A stretch of 64,000 bases of DNA, taken from Chrysomallon squamiferum. Taxonomy: Eukaryota; Animalia; Mollusca. The stretch covers positions 17,422,001-17,486,000 of the forward strand of contig CM022675.1 of assembly GCA_012295275.1 (NCBI GenBank), in the 5' to 3' direction. The translations under genes were made by a program, and so were the position numbers. The stretch's first letter is position 1. Each line of letters starts with the position of its first letter. Of the stretch, positions 24,001 through 36,598 are shown one piece after another. The notes beneath the pieces were generated by a model. It saw nothing but the letters and a program-made list of their open reading frames with translations, was not told where the DNA came from and made no database searches.

Positions 24001-27000
24001 AAAGTTCAATCTTTCTAACAGTGTGCATGTCGTCGCTGGCAATCGCTTATATCAAAAGTTGTGTCCAAAAATTTACGTTTTCATGCCTTTAAATCAATTT
24101 TGAAAAAAACTGGCTAAAAATAAAACCTGTGTTCATGGGATCAAATGAAAGATCATTCAATTACCTTTCAAACAAAGTGCGACACTACGGTGTGTCTTCT
24201 TTGGTGAAAAGAAGCTCCGCATTTGAACGTAGCACTTGCTTAGCGAAATCGCTATTATGTTATGTTTTTTACAGAATAAAATCGCCATAGATTTTATGTA
24301 CAGCTAGAAAGGTCTGGCACTGTTTAAAATGATTATATTTATATGTTGTTTATATTTTTAATAACTTGTTGGTTGTTTGTTTACTTTTAGCATATACATT
24401 ATAGCACATGCATAGCAAAATCACTTTCTGAAATAAACAAATTAACATTGTTTTGCTGATTACTATCTTTAGTTTAAAACCGTTGATTATTTTGCTTTCA
24501 AAATTCTTGATTATTTTGCTTTCAAAATTCTTGCGATGAACAAACAAATGTGGAATTAAGAATTAGAAACATAACAAACTGTACAACATAATAGAACAAT
24601 GTATTCAGAGGTATTGATGGAATGCTCAATAAAAATCTATCCACTTTTAAAAAAAAATATAGAATCATAAATTGGTCAGTTTTACAACAGATTATTTTTG
24701 CTTGTTGATAAGCTCTATCAGAGAAAATTTCAACAATGGTCTGATGATAGGTAACTTTTGTTTGCTGTAAATCGCAGCAAGTACAATGCTAAGAAATTAT
24801 TTATTCTGCCATGTGTCATTTTGAAGATTTTGGCATGTTTAGCATTTTATTGTGAACACACATATAAACATACAGGTCTGAAAAAAATTGAGCTCATTTA
24901 GCAAGTTGGTCCCATCACTCTTGTTGATCTTCAGCCTTTTGTGTCAGTTACTTTTCAAACTACAGTTGGCCAAAGTAGCCCTTTCTGCTAATTAGCCAAA
25001 ATAGGGCTAAAAAACAACCAAATACCTGTCATACTGATTTGCATATATATATATATTTTTAACCGCTGGAGATAGTCATAATTTTGTGTGTGTTTTCATT
25101 GTTTTTGCTGTAGCTTTCATTATGTGATGGTCTGATTATACGCAACTTTTGTTTGCTGTCAAATCACAGCAAGTACAAAGAAAATTATTTTATGTCTGCT
25201 TCAAATGACAGACCTATGACTTCAATTGCTGCTAGTCTCGTGATTACATTTCATTGGCGTGTAATTAATACCTGCAACACCTTGCTGGACTCTAAGGATT
25301 AGCTGAGTTTATGTATTGCAGGGGATTATGGTTAAACATCAAATGCTTGAAGTCCTTTTAAGTAACATTTATATATATATGATACATACATATGAGAGTA
25401 TCTTAACTTATTACTACTTATTATTTAATAGTGAAAATTCAAGCTCCTTATGTAAATAAAGTTGTGCTGTTCTAATAAATTGAAAATGTATTTTTTTTTT
25501 TATGGGTTTGGCAGGGGGGGAAATGCAATTTTTTTTATTAAAAATGTTAGATTCAAGTATGTCATTTGAAAGATCTTATTAAATTGTTCACAACACAGGT
25601 TGAATTTGACAAATAAGACAAAAATGTCAGTCTTTTGTGTCAGTTACTTTTATAACTACAGTTGGACAAAGTAGCCCTTTCTGCTAATTGGCCAAAATAG
25701 GACTGAAAACCAACCAGATACCTGTCATACTGATTTGCATACATCTTTTGAACTGCTGGAGATAGTCATAATTTTGTGTGTGTTTTGTTTTTTTCCTACA
25801 GCTTTCATTGTGTGCTAATTGTTTTGCATAGTATATGAATTGAAGTCAGAAAAAAATTTGCCTGCTGGTACCTGTTCTTGGGTATGTTGGTGAGGTTAAT
25901 ATTGAAACATTGATGTCATTGAAAGTTGGGTTCCTTTTGTTACATGAATGGATTGAGTTTCAGTTCCTGGTAATTCTATGTCAAACTGCCCCTAAAAAAC
26001 ACATGTGAAGTGGCACTATACTGAGCCAAAAAATGGGGACAAAGTCATTAAAAATGAAAAGTGCTTAAAATGATTAAAAAACTAGTTGAGATATTAGATA
26101 AAACTTGTTTTCAACTAATACTGAAGCAAAAGTTTTCATTTTCTTGTTCACTTGACTAGTGAGGGTGTGAAATCAGGCATCTACTGTTGGTGGCTTCAGT
26201 GCCTGAATATCTTTCAATGAAACCCATGACATGTCAAGTTCAGGAAAGCTGTAATAGTTGCCCCTCTTCTTCACAAACTGAACTTTGTGACTTCAAATCT
26301 GTCAGTTTGAAGAACCTTAAAAGAGATCAGTTATTATAAATTTCAGCTATTTATCAGAAACAATTTCTTTTTTTTTTTCAAATTCTCTATTCAGACATAG
26401 GATAGGGCAATCTTTGAATTGTTTCCGTGCATAAAGTGATCATTGTACAGTTAATATCTTAAAAACATACTAATTAGTTCAATACTGGGCTCAATTTACA
26501 ATGCACCAATTTGTAAATGAATGTGTAGTTACACCTGTGCAAGTCAAAAACAGACTGTGTAAATCTTGATAGTCTTATGTAACTAACATCAAACAAATTA
26601 ATTCAACTTCAAGACTGTTGGGGGTTTGTTGAAAGTATCAAATATATACATCAGAAAAAACCTACATTGTTACGTAATTTTATCAATTTTAACAATAAAA
26701 ACACAAAGAGTAGGCCGTTAAAATTGCTAGGGCTATGGCATTTGTTTTGGTTGATGCCAAAATGGTGGCCAAAATATGCCAGTATTACAATTTTTACTTT
26801 TGTCATTATTTTACGACCATTTTGCTAGTAACATGACTTTAACCTGTTGCTAAAAAAGAGCCTGCAAAACATTACACAACTTAAACATAACTCGCTGTAA
26901 AATATGATACAGAAATAAAAACTGTTTCATTTGTGCAAGACCACAGAAAGGCGCCAAAAATATTGCCCTGTGAAACAAACATCAGCTGACATAGAAATAA

Positions 27001-30000
27001 AAATACAATCGACTATTTCATTTAGCTTTCATACTTTGTATTAATTAGCTTTTGATTTTATTACATTAAAAACATTAAATCTCGAAAAAGCGATACACCA
27101 GCACTTAACAATCTACTTTTAAATGATGTTCGTTTCACAGGGACGCATATGCATGTGCAAATCTGCCCAGAGCAGTCACCCAAAAATTAGCTAAAAATGC
27201 TAAATTGTAAATAAAAATATATCAGAAATAAAGAGTGTTTTTTGCTTACCTGATTTTGTCAATTATCGAATCCAGCTGCACACAGATCATAAAAAAATAG
27301 CAATTACTAATTAGTCAAAGTTCAAATCAAGTTGCGTTTCCTGCGAATGTTGGACCATAAATAACATCCAGGTCACAATTATAGCCTCTATCCTTTGTTG
27401 GAAAAGGTAAACGGTCATTTTGTCACTTCCTGTGGAAATGTCCAGTCTTATATACCCCATTGACAAGTTTGTAAAGATTGTCGGCCACTTGGGGTGAGCT
27501 TTAAAATGTTCATTTCACATGAAACTTTGTTTACATCTGCTAGAAATATAGCTTGTCATTCTTATTAGGTTTTGCCGTTTTATTACGAATATGTTTGAAT
27601 GTAAATCATGGAAATAAAAGCTGTGTAGAAGTAAACAAAGAAAAAATGAGCCTGCTGGTACCTGTTCTTGGGTATGTTGGTGAGGTTAATATTGAAATAT
27701 TGATGTCATTGAAAGTTGGGTTCCTTTTGTTACATGAATGGATTGAGTTTCAGTTCCTGGTCATTCTATGTCAAACTGCCCCTAAAAAACACGTGAAGTG
27801 GCACTATACTGAGCCAAAAAGTGGGGACAAAGTCATTAAAAATAAAAAGTGCTTAAAATGATTAAAAAACTAGTTGAGATATTTGTTTTCAACTACACGC
27901 AATTAAATTGTTCTTGTCCACATTTCTGGCGAATTTTACCTCACACCGTCAACACAAAAAAAATAATTAAAAGAAACTAATTGCCAAACACTGTAATTTA
28001 ATCATATATATCATAATGTCAACATGCTATATACTTTGATCTTCAAAATCGCGTCTTTTTTTTAGGATTGTGAAGTTGAATGCACCCTTGCATTTTCCGT
28101 ATTTGGCAAAATAACGAGCCACTCCACATATATTTTAAACTCAACCACCTTAGATTTTTATGAGACTTGGTATACTTGTTGATTTAGATTCCACAGCATC
28201 ACATATTGAGATTTTCAGCTAAAAGGGGCACGCCAACCACTCTTTGTATCCTAATATCTCAGGAACTACTATGCCAGTCTTCGTGAAATTGGTATTGTTG
28301 GAAAGGCTGTTCAGATTGGAGAATGTTGGGTTGCAGTGACCTTTTGACCTTTGTTATGACCTGAAATTGACCTTGTGGATCACATGACATTGCTTTGACC
28401 TTTCTTGAAATTTAGTCTCTCCCACATTTTAACTAAAACATAATATTCTTTGTTTAGCAGCAATACACATTCAAAAATTGCATGTGCATGAAAATAAACT
28501 TAGGGTCAAACTTTTCAAGTATAGATCACAGATAATCAGTGTCAAGGTAGACCTTGTTCTCACTCTGTGCCAAAGACTGGGTGTACAAATACAATATGTA
28601 GTACATTACTGGTTTCAAACTGGGTTGTACTATAGTTGATTGAAATCTTGTTCAAAACCACTGGCAATTCCACATAAAAATATAAAATGACTTAATAGGT
28701 TTTATGAAGAAAGCTTCAGATTGTCAAAGAAATGCAGATCAAGAAACTTCTTTATTTTAAACATCTAATTGTCATCTGCTCAATGTAGATTTCACCAGGG
28801 GATTTCAAGGAGTCTCAGACATGCCTGAAGCCACACTTCCTGTTTATCTTTTGGGCCTGATTGTGTAGAACATCTCATGCCATTTGGCATCTTTTCATAT
28901 CCTTCAGACATATCAGTTGGTTTTGACTCCAAAGATGAGTTTTTGGTCTCAGAGAAGTCTATACATGTAGAAAATGTACATTGTAATGCATTGTATCCAT
29001 CATCCTTGCAGGTATGTACTTTTTAAATGTATATTGTGGCTAAACAAAAAAGATTACTCCTCTGAAACTTTTATGTTTTACTTAATGTGGGAGAGTAAAT
29101 TTCAAGAAAGGTCATCTCAGAGTTATGTGATCTACATGGTCAGTTTCAATGTCATAACAAAGGTCAAAAGGTCAACATACCCCAACATTCTCCAAAATGA
29201 ACAATAATTGCTTTTCCAACAAATCTCAAAATTTAGGGGTCTGAATCTCCTACAGTACTGTTCCAATTGGCCTTAAGTTTTTAATTTAGTGCTGTGGGAT
29301 CCCAATCAACAAGTATACCAAGTTCCATAAAAGTGTTAGATGGTAGGGTTTAACCCATTGGGTGATTCAACACAGAATGATCCATACATTGTTTGCTTTC
29401 CAAAATACAACTGCACTTACAGTTGATGCAAGGGATACAAACAAACAAGAAGAAATCCCCACCCTTGAAAAACAGCTTTATGGAGACTTGTTTTAAACTA
29501 GGTAGTCAATACAGAGATACCCAGTGAATGATGCAACATTCACACTAATATTTGTTTAAACAATTGTCATAATTTTCATAAAATTGTTTTTATATATTGT
29601 TTTCATAACCATTAATTTCATGTTATAAAAATATATTTTTTATGATAGTATTTAAATATATTAAAAATAAACACATACACATTGGTCTTATTAAAAAAAA
29701 TAATAATAATTTCTTTTTAAGTCTCATATTTTAGCAGCCAAGTCTGTGGCTTCTGTACTGAAAACATCACTGGGACCAAAAGGTCTTGACAAGATGATGC
29801 AGAGTCCAGATGGAGATATCACAATCACAAATGATGGAGCAACCATTCTTCAGCAGATGGATGTTGAACATCAGATAGCCAAGTTGATGGTTCAGCTTTC
29901 AAAGTCACAAGATGATGAAATAGGTGATGGCACGACAGGTGTCGTGGGTGAGTTTAAAAACTAATTTGGTGAATTCTGTGAAAGTATTGTTTATCTACTT

Positions 30001-33000
30001 GACATCAACTGAACTATACAAATAGATTAGCATTTCTTGTTGATAATTGGCAAAATTGTAAGTTTAATATGCAGTTTTATGTTCTTTAATTAGTGTTGTG
30101 TAATATTCTAAATTGATTTCTACAGGGTTTTTTTTCCCCCCCCCATTTGGTTTTTGGGGTATTTTGTCCATTAGGCACATGTATCCTTTTTACAGTATTT
30201 GTAATAATTTATTTTGAGGTTTGGAGTTACAGTTAATAGAAGGATTTAAAAATTAATTTAATGTTTTAGTATTGGCTGGAGCACTGTTGGAACAAGCTGA
30301 AAAACTGCTTGACCGAGGTATTCATCCAATCCGGATAGCTGATGGTTATGAACTTGCTGCTAAAGTAGCTGTGGAGCAGCTGGGCAAAATCAGTGAGAAG
30401 TTCGAAGTGGACTTGAAGAAACGTGAACCACTCATCAAGCTTGCGATGACATCTCTTGGTTCTAAAATGTAATTAACATCTTATTTGTGTTGCATAAGAT
30501 CCTAATTTTTAAGTTAATAATTTGCAATTTGCATATTTTATATGTATAAAAATTGTAATAAGTAACTACTATCTGCTTTTTTAGTTAGGATAATGACAAG
30601 TGATCAGCATTTGATACTTAATATAGCTATTTTCATAATTATAAATTTGTTTTTTAGAATAAATCGTTGTCATCGTCAAATGGCGGAGATTGCTGTTGAT
30701 GCTATTTTATCAGTAGCTGATTTTACTCGATCTGATGTTGACTTTGAGCTGATAAAGGTAGAAGGCAAGGTTGGTGGAAAACTGGAGGACACAATGTTGG
30801 TGAAAGGTGTAATAGTTGATAAAGACATGAGTCATCCTCAGATGCCAAAAGTAAGATGACATAATTTAAACAAGGTTCAAATATTAACCCTTTCAGACTT
30901 TTGTATCTAATGTTACATACAATAAATTTAATACATTCTGACTTAGATTTATGTATAGGGATTTTCTGTTCATAACTAAGTAATATATTAATGTATGCAC
31001 ATTGAACACTGTCAGCTTTTAGTGTTTGATTTGTTTTCATTGTTACATGATAATTTGCCTGTTTGTTTTGATATTTAAGTAGTAATATGATGGGGGATTT
31101 TTTTGAGTGAAGGGGATTGTAAATATTTGATATCTTCAAATCCAAGTCATTGGCATGAAGCCAATTAGTTTCATGGAGATGGCATTATGCATGTAAAACC
31201 AGATTATTGATAATTGGATAAATATATATATATTTGACATATTTAAAATTTTTGCCTCAGCTAAAAATGTTGTTGATCAAATTATAATATATAAAATAGC
31301 AGTCTTCCAGATTTCAGAAAATGCTTAATATAATTCACTGTCTTTTATTTTTTTACATTTTATCAAAAAAAGGCACTTCCATAGTTTGGTTTAATGCTAA
31401 AATCAAAAGTCTAAAAGGTTTAATCATTCATTGATTCATTCACGTCTTGTTCATTGTTTTCCTTGGAAATAACCAATTTCAGTTGATTTTTGATTAAAAA
31501 TACGGCCATTAAATGTTCATTGATCATTTCATTTCACTGTGATGCTCATATATTAAGTAACATAGCATATCCATTTATTCTAAATGCAGGAAATACTTGG
31601 GCTTTTTTCGGAAATAGTATGGTTCCAGTGTCATTATACAGTCGCATAATTCATACCTTATTTGATGTCACTGTGGATGTTTGGGTTATGACAGTGACAG
31701 CATGTCATGTTATTGCCAATTTAGTAATTGTGTGGATCAGACATCATGCTAGATAAATCTCACTCTGAACCATTGTCAGGTCTACACAATAGATCTGTCG
31801 CACTGATGGGAGTGGAACACATCTATAAAATCATCCTACCAGCTGCATTTCAATTGCCAGCAACTGATGGCAGTACATTTGCTCCCAAATTAGATGTTAT
31901 AAACTGCATTTGTCATCCAATAACCATAAAAAGAAAAATACATGTATTAAGCTGTCATAGAATTATAATATGAGGTTTGATGTTACCCCACAGAAACTGC
32001 AAGAACATGCAAAACTACTATCAATTCAAGTTTATTTCTGCTACAAGTAGATAAAGTATTGAGATACCTTTATTTTCAGGTGGTAAAGGATGCAAAGATG
32101 GCTATTCTGACATGTCCATTTGAACCGCCAAAGCCAAAGACAAAACACAAGCTTGATGTGAAGTCTGTTGAAGACTATAGAAAGTTAAGAGAATATGAAA
32201 TGCAGCAGTTTGAGAGTATGGTGAACATGGTAAACATTTTCTTTTTAATTAGCACATTTGGACACAAATAGCTCAGTTTCATTTGATGAATCTCTGTTAG
32301 CATGAATAATTTTGTTCATTTACTGAATCTGAAAAACATTTAAATTGTAAATTGGTCATTTTTATGTAAAAAGAAAATTTCATAACAAAATATATTTTGA
32401 TTTAAGCTGTTCAGAATAACAGTTCCCTAACACTATTACATGGAATTTCCACTTTTCCAAATTGTAAAACAAAATGCCAATTTGTTTCATCAAATTAAAG
32501 AGTTACTTATTAACAAATAAGTATATCCTTCTGCTTAACTGATCCTTTCAGCCATTAAAGCACAGCAGACAAAGTTACTCCACAAAATGTAAATAAGTTT
32601 CTGAACAGGTTTGGATGCTATTTTCTTTCTGTCATTCAGTTTATTTCAGGTTTGTTTTATTGGCTAATTGTTAGGTTATGTTCAGTTACCTAGATGCAGG
32701 AGCACCTGTTTGTTCTTCATATAGATTTGAAGACATGATACCAGAAAAAAAAAAGTTCAGGAATTTCCAATTTTATCAAATTCATATTGTGTAGCATGTG
32801 TTAATCATTCATTGATGCAAAGTTTATTGAAAATTTACTCATGTTTTAATACATACATATTCCAGCATATTGACAGAAAGCTCGGAGAAACATTTATATA
32901 ATATTTTATTATAATTTTTTTAAATATTCAGCCCTTTCAGTTAATTATTTGCTAGGAAAGGATACAGAAGTTAAAAAATTAGGTGTCTCTGATTGGCTAA

Positions 33001-33229
33001 AACATATCATGTGATTGCATTTCCATGTTTCTTTGTTGCCTTTGATTCATTTGGTCAACTCTTTCACTGCTATTTTAAAGAAATAAAATGTGAAACTTTC
33101 TGTGAAAACATTTATTTTCAGGAAAGATCTTGTATATAGAAAAGATAAAGTGTCAGTGCGCTTGGACAGCACACAAGTTAAACATCAGTTCGGCCTACAT
33201 ATACTGCTGGATATTTTTCAAACATTTCA

Positions 33230-33270
<41 letters not shown>

Positions 33271-36200
33271 CTTTCTGGTGTTATTTCTTTGTTTTACAAA
33301 GATGATATGCTGAAGATTGTACATGTGTAATTTGAGTATTTTTATATCAAGAATTATGCATTAGAGGCATTCCGTGTCAAATCACCCAGTGTGTTAAATC
33401 TGACCATCTCAGATTTTTATGAAACTTGGTATACTTGTTGATTGGGATCCCACAGCACCAGTCAGACCAGTGGTTTGGAAATTTAATCTTCCACCTGTTA
33501 ACTAAAACATATAAAAGTTTCCTGGGTGTTATTTTTTATTTAGCCACAATATAGATTTAAAAAATGCACATCCATGAAAATAGCAACTTTTCTGCCATTA
33601 ACATCTGATTAACTAAAACCTGAATGATCAATTCTGGATGCTAGGAATCACCATCTCTCTTGATCACTGATTAAGACACTGTAGGCCTACATGAATGCAT
33701 AAAGTTCACATAAATTCAAGAGAACTACGTGTTTCTGATGCATAACCTTCTCACCATCTTTGTTTCAAATGCTCACTGTATCCTTCATTCCCAACCACAT
33801 TCTACTGTTCTCGTCACTTTCAGAAAATTGGACTATTTCTTCCTTCAATTCATTTGACAGAACTTTCCCTTATTTCTGATCAGAGGGATAGAATTCTTTT
33901 CTCTTTCTTCACAGCACAGCTTTTTTTCACACGGTAATTCATTGTTTCAAATTCATTCATTGTCCTTTCAATGGTAAAGGGTGACAAAGTCAAGATTTAC
34001 ACATGCTCTGGGTAGGATTTAGACTTGATGATTTTGTCTTTCAACTCCTCCAACATGTTCCTGAATAAATGAAGGTGTGATTTTTTGATGAGTCCAGGTT
34101 ACTTTCAAGAGAATGAAGTGGAATATCATGGACTGTTTCAAGATGTCGTTTTAATGATACTGTAGCTGATGCTAGTTTTTTCAGTCGTTTCATTCGTTTA
34201 CTGGAACATGCTAGTGAATGGAGTTTAACAGGAGTTTCACCTAAACTCAACAGGGTAGAATTCAAATCAAAGTCCTTTTCTGGGGAAACAACAACAGGCG
34301 GTTTGTCTGGCAAGTTATCATCAAATTCTCCCATAGTAATACCACCCATACTAAAGCCATCCTCTACAGGGGTTTGGACCTTTGATTTCTGAAGGCTAAT
34401 CAGACAGTCACAGCACAACTTGTCTCCTGGCACTAATGTCTTTGGATTTACTAAGCATTTGTTAGTGCCCATGCTAACAATTCTTAAAGATCTACTGTGT
34501 GCTTGCTTAGGATGGCAATTAAGGGGATCACAACACTTTTTCTGCAATGTTGAAATCTTGATTAAAAGTTCTTGTTAGTGATGTGAACAGATACTCTTGA
34601 TATCCTGTGTTTTGATACCACTTCAAAGAGTGAGAAGTTAGACTGTTTATTCTTCATATAAATTTGCAACAACTCCTTTTTGGTATGATGGTGTTGATAA
34701 CACATTTTCAAGAGAGTATTTGCCATGTGCTTAATGGGGATTTCACCAGTCCCCAACATGCCTGAAGCATCACTTCCTGTTAACCCTTTGAAGCTGATTG
34801 TGTAGAACATGTTGTGCCATTTGGCATCTTTTCATATCCTTCAGGCATTCCTTCAGACATGTCAGGTGGGTTTTAAGGATGAGTTTTTGGTCTCAGACAA
34901 GTATACATGTAGAAAATGTACATTGTAAAGCACTGCATCAGTCATCCATGCAGGTATGCAATTTTTAAATCTATATTATGGCTAAACAAAAAATATTACA
35001 CCCAGGAAACTTTCATATGTTTTAGTTAACATGTGGGAGATTAAATATCAATAACGGTCACTTCAAGGTCACGTGATCCACAGTGTCAATTTCAAGGTCA
35101 TAACATAGGTCAAAAGGTCAGTGACCCCAAAAGTGACTCCAAACTGAACAATAATGGCAGATGTGGAATCCTTGTCATATTGCCTTTTCAACAATACCAA
35201 TTTTATGAAGATTGGACCAGTAGTTCCTGAGATATGAGAGTTCAAAGGTTGGTGTCATGCCCATTTTTCCAAAAATCTCAAAATTCGTGTGGCCATATCT
35301 CTCACACCACTGGTCCAATTGGCCTAAAATTTCAGATTTGGTGCTGTGGGATACCAAATTTCATAAAAATCTGAGACAGTTGGGTTTAAAATTGTTATTT
35401 TGGGTTGGTGATTTGATATGGCATGACCCATTATCAAAAATTACTGTCATTCACAGGTAAGATTCTTTAGGGTCATCCCATGTCAAATCACCCCACCTCC
35501 AAAAAAAAAAATTTAATCCCAACCATCTCAGATTTTTTATGATGTATATGTTGATTGGGATCCCATAGCACCAAATCCAAAATTTTAGCCAATCAGACCA
35601 GTGATGTGGGAGAAATGGCCCCCCAAATTCTGTGATTTCTGGCCAAAATGGGTGTGACCACCAACCTTGGAACCCTCATATCTCGGGAACTACAGGGCTA
35701 ATCGTCATAAAATTGGATTATTGAAAAGGCACTATGACAAGGTTTCCAAATCTGCCATTATTGTTCATTATTGGGGTATGCTGACCTTTTTACCTTTGTT
35801 ATGACCTTGAAATTGACCTAGTGGATCATGTATAAAAGTTTCAGAGGTGTAATCTTTTTTGTTTAGCCACAATTGTTGAAACTGCAATATATGACAAGGA
35901 TTCCAAATTTAATCTTCCACATTAACTAAAACATGTAAGTTTCAGAGGTGTAATATTCTTTGGTTAGCAGAAAAACACATTCAACAATTGCATGTCATTG
36001 AAAATATCACCTTTTCCGCCATTAACATCTGATTAGCTGAAACCTGAATGACCCATTCCTGATGCTAAGAATCACTAACTCATGATAACCAGGCCTACAT
36101 GCTATGATTTTATGATATCAAAATACTTCTCACCAGTTCAGCAGTCACAGAATCATTCAGTCACTGACTTCTTATCAGTGTTTTGATACCCGTAGAAGTA

Positions 36201-36564
36201 TTTGTATTCTAGTATTACAACTGCCAGTAATGATGATGATGATGATAATAATGATAATAACCATAATGATAATAAAAGCATATTAATGCAATATTAATGC
36301 TACAAGTAGCAGAAATCATGGAAGTCTCAGAAATATAATAATATAGAGGGAGTGTTAGTTTAATTAGTAGAAAAAGTGGTAGGATTAATTATAGTGCTAG
36401 TAGTGTCAGTAGAAGTAGCAAAATAAGAAATAGCTATGTAGTAGTTGAAATAATGATGATGCTAGTAGTAGAAGAGGTAGTAACAGTATTTATGATAATA
36501 AAAGTGGCAGTGATGGTAGAAGTACTAGTGGTGGTAGAATTAATACCAGTGGTGATGGTGGTAA

Positions 36565-36598
<34 letters not shown>

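Noticed and set aside
25860-27895. Direct repeats as LTRs of a TRIM/LTR element
   Set aside because: No TG...CA ends, PBS, PPT or TSD; the repeat includes a DNA-element terminus, which fits a local duplication.
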